Positions 1-12,000 of a stretch of 64,000 nt of DNA are shown one piece after another; position 1 is the first letter of the stretch, and each line of letters starts with the position of its first letter. The translations under genes and the position numbers were made by a program. Source of the stretch: Naegleria gruberi (lineage: Eukaryota); the NCBI GenBank assembly GCA_000004985.1, contig GG738852.1, one strand, 5' to 3'. A model generated the notes under the pieces. That model was not told the DNA's origin. It saw nothing but the letters and a program-made list of their open reading frames with translations, and searched no databases.

Positions 1-3000
1 NNNNNNNNNNNNNNNNNNNNNNNNNNNNNNNNNNNNNNNNNNNNNNNNNNNNNNNNNNNNNNNNNNNNNNNNNNNNNNNNNNNNNNNNNNNNNNNNNNNN
101 NNNNNNNNNNNNNNNNNNNNNNNNNNNNNNNNNNNNNNNNNNNNNNNNNNNNNNNNNNNNNNNNNNNNNNNNNNNNNNNNNNNNNNNNNNNNNNNNNNNN
201 NNNNNNNNNNNNNNNNNNNNNNNNNNNNNNNNNNNNNNNNNNNNNNNNNNNNNNNNNNNNNNNNNNNNNNNNNNNNNNNNNNNNNNNNNNNNNNNNNNNN
301 NNNNNNNNNNNNNNNNNNNNNNNNNNNNNNNNNNNNNNNNNNNNNNNNNNNNNNNNNNNNNNNNNNNNNNNNNNNNNNNNNNNNNNNNNNNNNNNNNNNN
401 NNNNNNNNNNNNNNNNNNNNNNNNNNNNNNNNNNNNNNNNNNNNNNNNNNNNNNNNNNNNNNNNNNNNNNNNNNNNNNNNNNNNNNNNNNNNNNNNNNNN
501 NNNNNNNNNNNNNNNNNNNNNNNNNNNNNNNNNNNNNNNNNNNNNNNNNNNNNNNNNNNNNNNNNNNNNNNNNNNNNNNNNNNNNNNNNNNNNNNNNNNN
601 NNNNNNNNNNNNNNNNNNNNNNNNNNNNNNNNNNNNNNNNNNNNNNNNNNNNNNNNNNNNNNNNNNNNNNNNNNNNNNNNNNNNNNNNNNNNNNNNNNNN
701 NNNNNNNNNNNNNNNNNNNNNNNNNNNNNNNNNNNNNNNNNNNNNNNNNNNNNNNNNNNNNNNNNNNNNNNNNNNNNNNNNNNNNNNNNNNNNNNNNNNN
801 NNNNNNNNNNNNNNNNNNNNNNNNNNNNNNNNNNNNNNNNNNNNNNNNNNNNNNNNNNNNNNNNNNNNNNNNNNNNNNNNNNNNNNNNNNNNNNNNNNNN
901 NNNNNNNNNNNNNNNNNNNNNNNNNNNNNNNNNNNNNNNNNNNNNNNNNNNNNNNNNNNNNNNNNNNNNNNNNNNNNNNNNNNNNNNNNNNNNNNNNNNN
1001 NNNNNNNNNNNNNNNNNNNNNNNNNNNNNNNNNNNNNNNNNNNNNNNNNNNNNNNNNNNNNNNNNNNNNNNNNNNNNNNNNNNNNNNNNNNNNNNNNNNN
1101 NNNNNNNNNNNNNNNNNNNNNNNNNNNNNNNNNNNNNNNNNNNNNNNNNNNNNNNNNNNNNNNNNNNNNNNNNNNNNNNNNNNNNNNNNNNNNNNNNNNN
1201 NNNNNNNNNNNNNNNNNNNNNNNNNNNNNNNNNNNNNNNNNNNNNNNNNNNNNNNNNNNNNNNNNNNNNNNNNNNNNNNNNNNNNNNNNNNNNNNNNNNN
1301 NNNNNNNNNNNNNNNNNNNNNNNNNNNNNNNNNNNNNNNNNNNNNNNNNNNNNNNNNNNNNNNNNNNNNNNNNNNNNNNNNNNNNNNNNNNNNNNNNNNN
1401 NNNNNNNNNNNNNNNNNNNNNNNNNNNNNNNNNNNNNNNNNNNNNNNNNNNNNNNNNNNNNNNNNNNNNNNNNNNNNNNNNNNNNNNNNNNNNNNNNNNN
1501 NNNNNNNNNNNNNNNNNNNNNNNNNNNNNNNNNNNNNNNNNNNNNNNNNNNNNNNNNNNNNNNNNNNNNNNNNNNNNNNNNNNNNNNNNNNNNNNNNNNN
1601 NNNNNNNNNNNNNNNNNNNNNNNNNNNNNNNNNNNNNNNNNNNNNNNNNNNNNNNNNNNNNNNNNNNNNNNNNNNNNNNNNNNNNNNNNNNNNNNNNNNN
1701 NNNNNNNNNNNNNNNNNNNNNNNNNNNNNNNNNNNNNNNNNNNNNNNNNNNNNNNNNNNNNNNNNNNNNNNNNNNNNNNNNNNNNNNNNNNNNNNNNNNN
1801 NNNNNNNNNNNNNNNNNNNNNNNNNNNNNNNNNNNNNNNNNNNNNNNNNNNNNNNNNNNNNNNNNNNNNNNNNNNNNNNNNNNNNNNNNNNNNNNNNNNN
1901 NNNNNNNNNNNNNNNNNNNNNNNNNNNNNNNNNNNNNNNNNNNNNNNNNNNNNNNNNNNNNNNNNNNNNNNNNNNNNNNNNNNNNNNNNNNNNNNNNNNN
2001 NNNNNNNNNNNNNNNNNNNNNNNNNNNNNNNNNNNNNNNNNNNNNNNNNNNNNNNNNNNNNNNNNNNNNNNNNNNNNNNNNNNNNNNNNNNNNNNNNNNN
2101 NNNNNNNNNNNNNNNNNNNNNNNNNNNNNNNNNNNNNNNNNNNNNNNNNNNNNNNNNNNNNNNNNNNNNNNNNNNNNNNNNNNNNNNNNNNNNNNNNNNN
2201 NNNNNNNNNNNNNNNNNNNNNNNNNNNNNNNNNNNNNNNNNNNNNNNNNNNNNNNNNNNNNNNNNNNNNNNNNNNNNNNNNNNNNNNNNNNNNNNNNNNN
2301 NNNNNNNNNNNNNNNNNNNNNNNNNNNNNNNNNNNNNNNNNNNNNNNNNNNNNNNNNNNNNNNNNNNNNNNNNNNNNNNNNNNNNNNNNNNNNNNNNNNN
2401 NNNNNNNNNNNNNNNNNNNNNNNNNNNNNNNNNNNNNNNNNNNNNNNNNNNNNNNNNNNNNNNNNNNNNNNNNNNNNNNNNNNNNNNNNNNNNNNNNNNN
2501 NNNNNNNNNNNNNNNNNNNNNNNNNNNNNNNNNNNNNNNNNNNNNNNNNNNNNNNNNNNNNNNNNNNNNNNNNNNNNNNNNNNNNNNNNNNNNNNNNNNN
2601 NNNNNNNNNNNNNNNNNNNNNNNNNNNNNNNNNNNNNNNNNNNNNNNNNNNNNNNNNNNNNNNNNNNNNNNNNNNNNNNNNNNNNNNNNNNNNNNNNNNN
2701 NNNNNNNNNNNNNNNNNNNNNNNNNNNNNNNNNNNNNNNNNNNNNNNNNNNNNNNNNNNNNNNNNNNNNNNNNNNNNNNNNNNNNNNNNNNNNNNNNNNN
2801 NNNNNNNNNNNNNNNNNNNNNNNNNNNNNNNNNNNNNNNNNNNNNNNNNNNNNNNNNNNNNNNNNNNNNNNNNNNNNNNNNNNNNNNNNNNNNNNNNNNN
2901 NNNNNNNNNNNNNNNNNNNNNNNNNNNNNNNNNNNNNNNNNNNNNNNNNNNNNNNNNNNNNNNNNNNNNNNNNNNNNNNNNNNNNNNNNNNNNNNNNNNN

Positions 3001-6000
3001 NNNNNNNNNNNNNNNNNNNNNNNNNNNNNNNNNNNNNNNNNNNNNNNNNNNNNNNNNNNNNNNNNNNNNNNNNNNNNNNNNNNNNNNNNNNNNNNNNNNN
3101 NNNNNNNNNNNNNNNNNNNNNNNNNNNNNNNNNNNNNNNNNNNNNNNNNNNNNNNNNNNNNNNNNNNNNNNNNNNNNNNNNNNNNNNNNNNNNNNNNNNN
3201 NNNNNNNNNNNNNNNNNNNNNNNNNNNNNNNNNNNNNNNNNNNNNNNNNNNNNNNNNNNNNNNNNNNNNNNNNNNNNNNNNNNNNNNNNNNNNNNNNNNN
3301 NNNNNNNNNNNNNNNNNNNNNNNNNNNNNNNNNNNNNNNNNNNNNNNNNNNNNNNNNNNNNNNNNNNNNNNNNNNNNNNNNNNNNNNNNNNNNNNNNNNN
3401 NNNNNNNNNNNNNNNNNNNNNNNNNNNNNNNNNNNNNNNNNNNNNNNNNNNNNNNNNNNNNNNNNNNNNNNNNNNNNNNNNNNNNNNNNNNNNNNNNNNN
3501 NNNNNNNNNNNNNNNNNNNNNNNNNNNNNNNNNNNNNNNNNNNNNNNNNNNNNNNNNNNNNNNNNNNNNNNNNNNNNNNNNNNNNNNNNNNNNNNNNNNN
3601 NNNNNNNNNNNNNNNNNNNNNNNNNNNNNNNNNNNNNNNNNNNNNNNNNNNNNNNNNNNNNNNNNNNNNNNNNNNNNNNNNNNNNNNNNNNNNNNNNNNN
3701 NNNNNNNNNNNNNNNNNNNNNNNNNNNNNNNNNNNNNNNNNNNNNNNNNNNNNNNNNNNNNNNNNNNNNNNNNNNNNNNNNNNNNNNNNNNNNNNNNNNN
3801 NNNNNNNNNNNNNNNNNNNNNNNNNNNNNNNNNNNNNNNNNNNNNNNNNNNNNNNNNNNNNNNNNNNNNNNNNNNNNNNNNNNNNNNNNNNNNNNNNNNN
3901 NNNNNNNNNNNNNNNNNNNNNNNNNNNNNNNNNNNNNNNNNNNNNNNNNNNNNNNNNNNNNNNNNNNNNNNNNNNNNNNNNNNNNNNNNNNNNNNNNNNN
4001 NNNNNNNNNNNNNNNNNNNNNNNNNNNNNNNNNNNNNNNNNNNNNNNNNNNNNNNNNNNNNNNNNNNNNNNNNNNNNNNNNNNNNNNNNNNNNNNNNNNN
4101 NNNNNNNNNNNNNNNNNNNNNNNNNNNNNNNNNNNNNNNNNNNNNNNNNNNNNNNNNNNNNNNNNNNNNNNNNNNNNNNNNNNNNNNNNNNNNNNNNNNN
4201 NNNNNNNNNNNNNNNNNNNNNNNNNNNNNNNNNNNNNNNNNNNNNNNNNNNNNNNNNNNNNNNNNNNNNNNNNNNNNNNNNNNNNNNNNNNNNNNNNNNN
4301 NNNNNNNNNNNNNNNNNNNNNNNNNNNNNNNNNNNNNNNNNNNNNNNNNNNNNNNNNNNNNNNNNNNNNNNNNNNNNNNNNNNNNNNNNNNNNNNNNNNN
4401 NNNNNNNNNNNNNNNNNNNNNNNNNNNNNNNNNNNNNNNNNNNNNNNNNNNNNNNNNNNNNNNNNNNNNNNNNNNNNNNNNNNNNNNNNNNNNNNNNNNN
4501 NNNNNNNNNNNNNNNNNNNNNNNNNNNNNNNNNNNNNNNNNNNNNNNNNNNNNNNNNNNNNNNNNNNNNNNNNNNNNNNNNNNNNNNNNNNNNNNNNNNN
4601 NNNNNNNNNNNNNNNNNNNNNNNNNNNNNNNNNNNNNNNNNNNNNNNNNNNNNNNNNNNNNNNNNNNNNNNNNNNNNNNNNNNNNNNNNNNNNNNNNNNN
4701 NNNNNNNNNNNNNNNNNNNNNNNNNNNNNNNNNNNNNNNNNNNNNNNNNNNNNNNNNNNNNNNNNNNNNNNNNNNNNNNNNNNNNNNNNNNNNNNNNNNN
4801 NNNNNNNNNNNNNNNNNNNNNNNNNNNNNNNNNNNNNNNNNNNNNNNNNNNNNNNNNNNNNNNNNNNNNNNNNNNNNNNNNNNNNNNNNNNNNNNNNNNN
4901 NNNNNNNNNNNNNNNNNNNNNNNNNNNNNNNNNNNNNNNNNNNNNNNNNNNNNNNNNNNNNNNNNNNNNNNNNNNNNNNNNNNNNNNNNNNNNNNNNNNN
5001 NNNNNNNNNNNNNNNNNNNNNNNNNNNNNNNNNNNNNNNNNNNNNNNNNNNNNNNNNNNNNNNNNNNNNNNNNNNNNNNNNNNNNNNNNNNNNNNNNNNN
5101 NNNNNNNNNNNNNNNNNNNNNNNNNNNNNNNNNNNNNNNNNNNNNNNNNNNNNNNNNNNNNNNNNNNNNNNNNNNNNNNNNNNNNNNNNNNNNNNNNNNN
5201 NNNNNNNNNNNNNNNNNNNNNNNNNNNNNNNNNNNNNNNNNNNNNNNNNNNNNNNNNNNNNNNNNNNNNNNNNNNNNNNNNNNNNNNNNNNNNNNNNNNN
5301 NNNNNNNNNNNNNNNNNNNNNNNNNNNNNNNNNNNNNNNNNNNNNNNNNNNNNNNNNNNNNNNNNNNNNNNNNNNNNNNNNNNNNNNNNNNNNNNNNNNN
5401 NNNNNNNNNNNNNNNNNNNNNNNNNNNNNNNNNNNNNNNNNNNNNNNNNNNNNNNNNNNNNNNNNNNNNNNNNNNNNNNNNNNNNNNNNNNNNNNNNNNN
5501 NNNNNNNNNNNNNNNNNNNNNNNNNNNNNNNNNNNNNNNNNNNNNNNNNNNNNNNNNNNNNNNNNNNNNNNNNNNNNNNNNNNNNNNNNNNNNNNNNNNN
5601 NNNNNNNNNNNNNNNNNNNNNNNNNNNNNNNNNNNNNNNNNNNNNNNNNNNNNNNNNNNNNNNNNNNNNNNNNNNNNNNNNNNNNNNNNNNNNNNNNNNN
5701 NNNNNNNNNNNNNNNNNNNNNNNNNNNNNNNNNNNNNNNNNNNNNNNNNNNNNNNNNNNNNNNNNNNNNNNNNNNNNNNNNNNNNNNNNNNNNNNNNNNN
5801 NNNNNNNNNNNNNNNNNNNNNNNNNNNNNNNNNNNNNNNNNNNNNNNNNNNNNNNNNNNNNNNNNNNNNNNNNNNNNNNNNNNNNNNNNNNNNNNNNNNN
5901 NNNNNNNNNNNNNNNNNNNNNNNNNNNNNNNNNNNNNNNNNNNNNNNNNNNNNNNNNNNNNNNNNNNNNNNNNNNNNNNNNNNNNNNNNNNNNNNNNNNN

Positions 6001-9000
6001 NNNNNNNNNNNNNNNNNNNNNNNNNNNNNNNNNNNNNNNNNNNNNNNNNNNNNNNNNNNNNNNNNNNNNNNNNNNNNNNNNNNNNNNNNNNNNNNNNNNN
6101 NNNNNNNNNNNNNNNNNNNNNNNNNNNNNNNNNNNNNNNNNNNNNNNNNNNNNNNNNNNNNNNNNNNNNNNNNNNNNNNNNNNNNNNNNNNNNNNNNNNN
6201 NNNNNNNNNNNNNNNNNNNNNNNNNNNNNNNNNNNNNNNNNNNNNNNNNNNNNNNNNNNNNNNNNNNNNNNNNNNNNNNNNNNNNNNNNNNNNNNNNNNN
6301 NNNNNNNNNNNNNNNNNNNNNNNNNNNNNNNNNNNNNNNNNNNNNNNNNNNNNNNNNNNNNNNNNNNNNNNNNNNNNNNNNNNNNNNNNNNNNNNNNNNN
6401 NNNNNNNNNNNNNNNNNNNNNNNNNNNNNNNNNNNNNNNNNNNNNNNNNNNNNNNNNNNNNNNNNNNNNNNNNNNNNNNNNNNNNNNNNNNNNNNNNNNN
6501 NNNNNNNNNNNNNNNNNNNNNNNNNNNNNNNNNNNNNNNNNNNNNNNNNNNNNNNNNNNNNNNNNNNNNNNNNNNNNNNNNNNNNNNNNNNNNNNNNNNN
6601 NNNNNNNNNNNNNNNNNNNNNNNNNNNNNNNNNNNNNNNNNNNNNNNNNNNNNNNNNNNNNNNNNNNNNNNNNNNNNNNNNNNNNNNNNNNNNNNNNNNN
6701 NNNNNNNNNNNNNNNNNNNNNNNNNNNNNNNNNNNNNNNNNNNNNNNNNNNNNNNNNNNNNNNNNNNNNNNNNNNNNNNNNNNNNNNNNNNNNNNNNNNN
6801 NNNNNNNNNNNNNNNNNNNNNNNNNNNNNNNNNNNNNNNNNNNNNNNNNNNNNNNNNNNNNNNNNNNNNNNNNNNNNNNNNNNNNNNNNNNNNNNNNNNN
6901 NNNNNNNNNNNNNNNNNNNNNNNNNNNNNNNNNNNNNNNNNNNNNNNNNNNNNNNNNNNNNNNNNNNNNNNNNNNNNNNNNNNNNNNNNNNNNNNNNNNN
7001 NNNNNNNNNNNNNNNNNNNNNNNNNNNNNNNNNNNNNNNNNNNNNNNNNNNNNNNNNNNNNNNNNNNNNNNNNNNNNNNNNNNNNNNNNNNNNNNNNNNN
7101 NNNNNNNNNNNNNNNNNNNNNNNNNNNNNNNNNNNNNNNNNNNNNNNNNNNNNNNNNNNNNNNNNNNNNNNNNNNNNNNNNNNNNNNNNNNNNNNNNNNN
7201 NNNNNNNNNNNNNNNNNNNNNNNNNNNNNNNNNNNNNNNNNNNNNNNNNNNNNNNNNNNNNNNNNNNNNNNNNNNNNNNNNNNNNNNNNNNNNNNNNNNN
7301 NNNNNNNNNNNNNNNNNNNNNNNNNNNNNNNNNNNNNNNNNNNNNNNNNNNNNNNNNNNNNNNNNNNNNNNNNNNNNNNNNNNNNNNNNNNNNNNNNNNN
7401 NNNNNNNNNNNNNNNNNNNNNNNNNNNNNNNNNNNNNNNNNNNNNNNNNNNNNNNNNNNNNNNNNNNNNNNNNNNNNNNNNNNNNNNNNNNNNNNNNNNN
7501 NNNNNNNNNNNNNNNNNNNNNNNNNNNNNNNNNNNNNNNNNNNNNNNNNNNNNNNNNNNNNNNNNNNNNNNNNNNNNNNNNNNNNNNNNNNNNNNNNNNN
7601 NNNNNNNNNNNNNNNNNNNNNNNNNNNNNNNNNNNNNNNNNNNNNNNNNNNNNNNNNNNNNNNNNNNNNNNNNNNNNNNNNNNNNNNNNNNNNNNNNNNN
7701 NNNNNNNNNNNNNNNNNNNNNNNNNNNNNNNNNNNNNNNNNNNNNNNNNNNNNNNNNNNNNNNNNNNNNNNNNNNNNNNNNNNNNNNNNNNNNNNNNNNN
7801 NNNNNNNNNNNNNNNNNNNNNNNNNNNNNNNNNNNNNNNNNNNNNNNNNNNNNNNNNNNNNNNNNNNNNNNNNNNNNNNNNNNNNNNNNNNNNNNNNNNN
7901 NNNNNNNNNNNNNNNNNNNNNNNNNNNNNNNNNNNNNNNNNNNNNNNNNNNNNNNNNNNNNNNNNNNNNNNNNNNNNNNNNNNNNNNNNNNNNNNNNNNN
8001 NNNNNNNNNNNNNNNNNNNNNNNNNNNNNNNNNNNNNNNNNNNNNNNNNNNNNNNNNNNNNNNNNNNNNNNNNNNNNNNNNNNNNNNNNNNNNNNNNNNN
8101 NNNNNNNNNNNNNNNNNNNNNNNNNNNNNNNNNNNNNNNNNNNNNNNNNNNNNNNNNNNNNNNNNNNNNNNNNNNNNNNNNNNNNNNNNNNNNNNNNNNN
8201 NNNNNNNNNNNNNNNNNNNNNNNNNNNNNNNNNNNNNNNNNNNNNNNNNNNNNNNNNNNNNNNNNNNNNNNNNNNNNNNNNNNNNNNNNNNNNNNNNNNN
8301 NNNNNNNNNNNNNNNNNNNNNNNNNNNNNNNNNNNNNNNNNNNNNNNNNNNNNNNNNNNNNNNNNNNNNNNNNNNNNNNNNNNNNNNNNNNNNNNNNNNN
8401 NNNNNNNNNNNNNNNNNNNNNNNNNNNNNNNNNNNNNNNNNNNNNNNNNNNNNNNNNNNNNNNNNNNNNNNNNNNNNNNNNNNNNNNNNNNNNNNNNNNN
8501 NNNNNNNNNNNNNNNNNNNNNNNNNNNNNNNNNNNNNNNNNNNNNNNNNNNNNNNNNNNNNNNNNNNNNNNNNNNNNNNNNNNNNNNNNNNNNNNNNNNN
8601 NNNNNNNNNNNNNNNNNNNNNNNNNNNNNNNNNNNNNNNNNNNNNNNNNNNNNNNNNNNNNNNNNNNNNNNNNNNNNNNNNNNNNNNNNNNNNNNNNNNN
8701 NNNNNNNNNNNNNNNNNNNNNNNNNNNNNNNNNNNNNNNNNNNNNNNNNNNNNNNNNNNNNNNNNNNNNNNNNNNNNNNNNNNNNNNNNNNNNNNNNNNN
8801 NNNNNNNNNNNNNNNNNNNNNNNNNNNNNNNNNNNNNNNNNNNNNNNNNNNNNNNNNNNNNNNNNNNNNNNNNNNNNNNNNNNNNNNNNNNNNNNNNNNN
8901 NNNNNNNNNNNNNNNNNNNNNNNNNNNNNNNNNNNNNNNNNNNNNNNNNNNNNNNNNNNNNNNNNNNNNNNNNNNNNNNNNNNNNNNNNNNNNNNNNNNN

Positions 9001-12000
9001 NNNNNNNNNNNNNNNNNNNNNNNNNNNNNNNNNNNNNNNNNNNNNNNNNNNNNNNNNNNNNNNNNNNNNNNNNNNNNNNNNNNNNNNNNNNNNNNNNNNN
9101 NNNNNNNNNNNNNNNNNNNNNNNNNNNNNNNNNNNNNNNNNNNNNNNNNNNNNNNNNNNNNNNNNNNNNNNNNNNNNNNNNNNNNNNNNNNNNNNNNNNN
9201 NNNNNNNNNNNNNNNNNNNNNNNNNNNNNNNNNNNNNNNNNNNNNNNNNNNNNNNNNNNNNNNNNNNNNNNNNNNNNNNNNNNNNNNNNNNNNNNNNNNN
9301 NNNNNNNNNNNNNNNNNNNNNNNNNNNNNNNNNNNNNNNNNNNNNNNNNNNNNNNNNNNNNNNNNNNNNNNNNNNNNNNNNNNNNNNNNNNNNNNNNNNN
9401 NNNNNNNNNNNNNNNNNNNNNNNNNNNNNNNNNNNNNNNNNNNNNNNNNNNNNNNNNNNNNNNNNNNNNNNNNNNNNNNNNNNNNNNNNNNNNNNNNNNN
9501 NNNNNNNNNNNNNNNNNNNNNNNNNNNNNNNNNNNNNNNNNNNNNNNNNNNNNNNNNNNNNNNNNNNNNNNNNNNNNNNNNNNNNNNNNNNNNNNNNNNN
9601 NNNNNNNNNNNNNNNNNNNNNNNNNNNNNNNNNNNNNNNNNNNNNNNNNNNNNNNNNNNNNNNNNNNNNNNNNNNNNNNNNNNNNNNNNNNNNNNNNNNN
9701 NNNNNNNNNNNNNNNNNNNNNNNNNNNNNNNNNNNNNNNNNNNNNNNNNNNNNNNNNNNNNNNNNNNNNNNNNNNNNNNNNNNNNNNNNNNNNNNNNNNN
9801 NNNNNNNNNNNNNNNNNNNNNNNNNNNNNNNNNNNNNNNNNNNNNNNNNNNNNNNNNNNNNNNNNNNNNNNNNNNNNNNNNNNNNNNNNNNNNNNNNNNN
9901 NNNNNNNNNNNNNNNNNNNNNNNNNNNNNNNNNNNNNNNNNNNNNNNNNNNNNNNNNNNNNNNNNNNNNNNNNNNNNNNNNNNNNNNNNNNNNNNNNNNN
10001 NNNNNNNNNNNNNNNNNNNNNNNNNNNNNNNNNNNNNNNNNNNNNNNNNNNNNNNNNNNNNNNNNNNNNNNNNNNNNNNNNNNNNNNNNNNNNNNNNNNN
10101 NNNNNNNNNNNNNNNNNNNNNNNNNNNNNNNNNNNNNNNNNNNNNNNNNNNNNNNNNNNNNNNNNNNNNNNNNNNNNNNNNNNNNNNNNNNNNNNNNNNN
10201 NNNNNNNNNNNNNNNNNNNNNNNNNNNNNNNNNNNNNNNNNNNNNNNNNNNNNNNNNNNNNNNNNNNNNNNNNNNNNNNNNNNNNNNNNNNNNNNNNNNN
10301 NNNNNNNNNNNNNNNNNNNNNNNNNNNNNNNNNNNNNNNNNNNNNNNNNNNNNNNNNNNNNNNNNNNNNNNNNNNNNNNNNNNNNNNNNNNNNNNNNNNN
10401 NNNNNNNNNNNNNNNNNNNNNNNNNNNNNNNNNNNNNNNNNNNNNNNNNNNNNNNNNNNNNNNNNNNNNNNNNNNNNNNNNNNNNNNNNNNNNNNNNNNN
10501 NNNNNNNNNNNNNNNNNNNNNNNNNNNNNNNNNNNNNNNNNNNNNNNNNNNNNNNNNNNNNNNNNNNNNNNNNNNNNNNNNNNNNNNNNNNNNNNNNNNN
10601 NNNNNNNNNNNNNNNNNNNNNNNNNNNNNNNNNNNNNNNNNNNNNNNNNNNNNNNNNNNNNNNNNNNNNNNNNNNNNNNNNNNNNNNNNNNNNNNNNNNN
10701 NNNNNNNNNNNNNNNNNNNNNNNNNNNNNNNNNNNNNNNNNNNNNNNNNNNNNNNNNNNNNNNNNNNNNNNNNNNNNNNNNNNNNNNNNNNNNNNNNNNN
10801 NNNNNNNNNNNNNNNNNNNNNNNNNNNNNNNNNNNNNNNNNNNNNNNNNNNNNNNNNNNNNNNNNNNNNNNNNNNNNNNNNNNNNNNNNNNNNNNNNNNN
10901 NNNNNNNNNNNNNNNNNNNNNNNNNNNNNNNNNNNNNNNNNNNNNNNNNNNNNNNNNNNNNNNNNNNNNNNNNNNNNNNNNNNNNNNNNNNNNNNNNNNN
11001 NNNNNNNNNNNNNNNNNNNNNNNNNNNNNNNNNNNNNNNNNNNNNNNNNNNNNNNNNNNNNNNNNNNNNNNNNNNNNNNNNNNNNNNNNNNNNNNNNNNN
11101 NNNNNNNNNNNNNNNNNNNNNNNNNNNNNNNNNNNNNNNNNNNNNNNNNNNNNNNNNNNNNNNNNNNNNNNNNNNNNNNNNNNNNNNNNNNNNNNNNNNN
11201 NNNNNNNNNNNNNNNNNNNNNNNNNNNNNNNNNNNNNNNNNNNNNNNNNNNNNNNNNNNNNNNNNNNNNNNNNNNNNNNNNNNNNNNNNNNNNNNNNNNN
11301 NNNNNNNNNNNNNNNNNNNNNNNNNNNNNNNNNNNNNNNNNNNNNNNNNNNNNNNNNNNNNNNNNNNNNNNNNNNNNNNNNNNNNNNNNNNNNNNNNNNN
11401 NNNNNNNNNNNNNNNNNNNNNNNNNNNNNNNNNNNNNNNNNNNNNNNNNNNNNNNNNNNNNNNNNNNNNNNNNNNNNNNNNNNNNNNNNNNNNNNNNNNN
11501 NNNNNNNNNNNNNNNNNNNNNNNNNNNNNNNNNNNNNNNNNNNNNNNNNNNNNNNNNNNNNNNNNNNNNNNNNNNNNNNNNNNNNNNNNNNNNNNNNNNN
11601 NNNNNNNNNNNNNNNNNNNNNNNNNNNNNNNNNNNNNNNNNNNNNNNNNNNNNNNNNNNNNNNNNNNNNNNNNNNNNNNNNNNNNNNNNNNNNNNNNNNN
11701 NNNNNNNNNNNNNNNNNNNNNNNNNNNNNNNNNNNNNNNNNNNNNNNNNNNNNNNNNNNNNNNNNNNNNNNNNNNNNNNNNNNNNNNNNNNNNNNNNNNN
11801 NNNNNNNNNNNNNNNNNNNNNNNNNNNNNNNNNNNNNNNNNNNNNNNNNNNNNNNNNNNNNNNNNNNNNNNNNNNNNNNNNNNNNNNNNNNNNNNNNNNN
11901 NNNNNNNNNNNNNNNNNNNNNNNNNNNNNNNNNNNNNNNNNNNNNNNNNNNNNNNNNNNNNNNNNNNNNNNNNNNNNNNNNNNNNNNNNNNNNNNNNNNN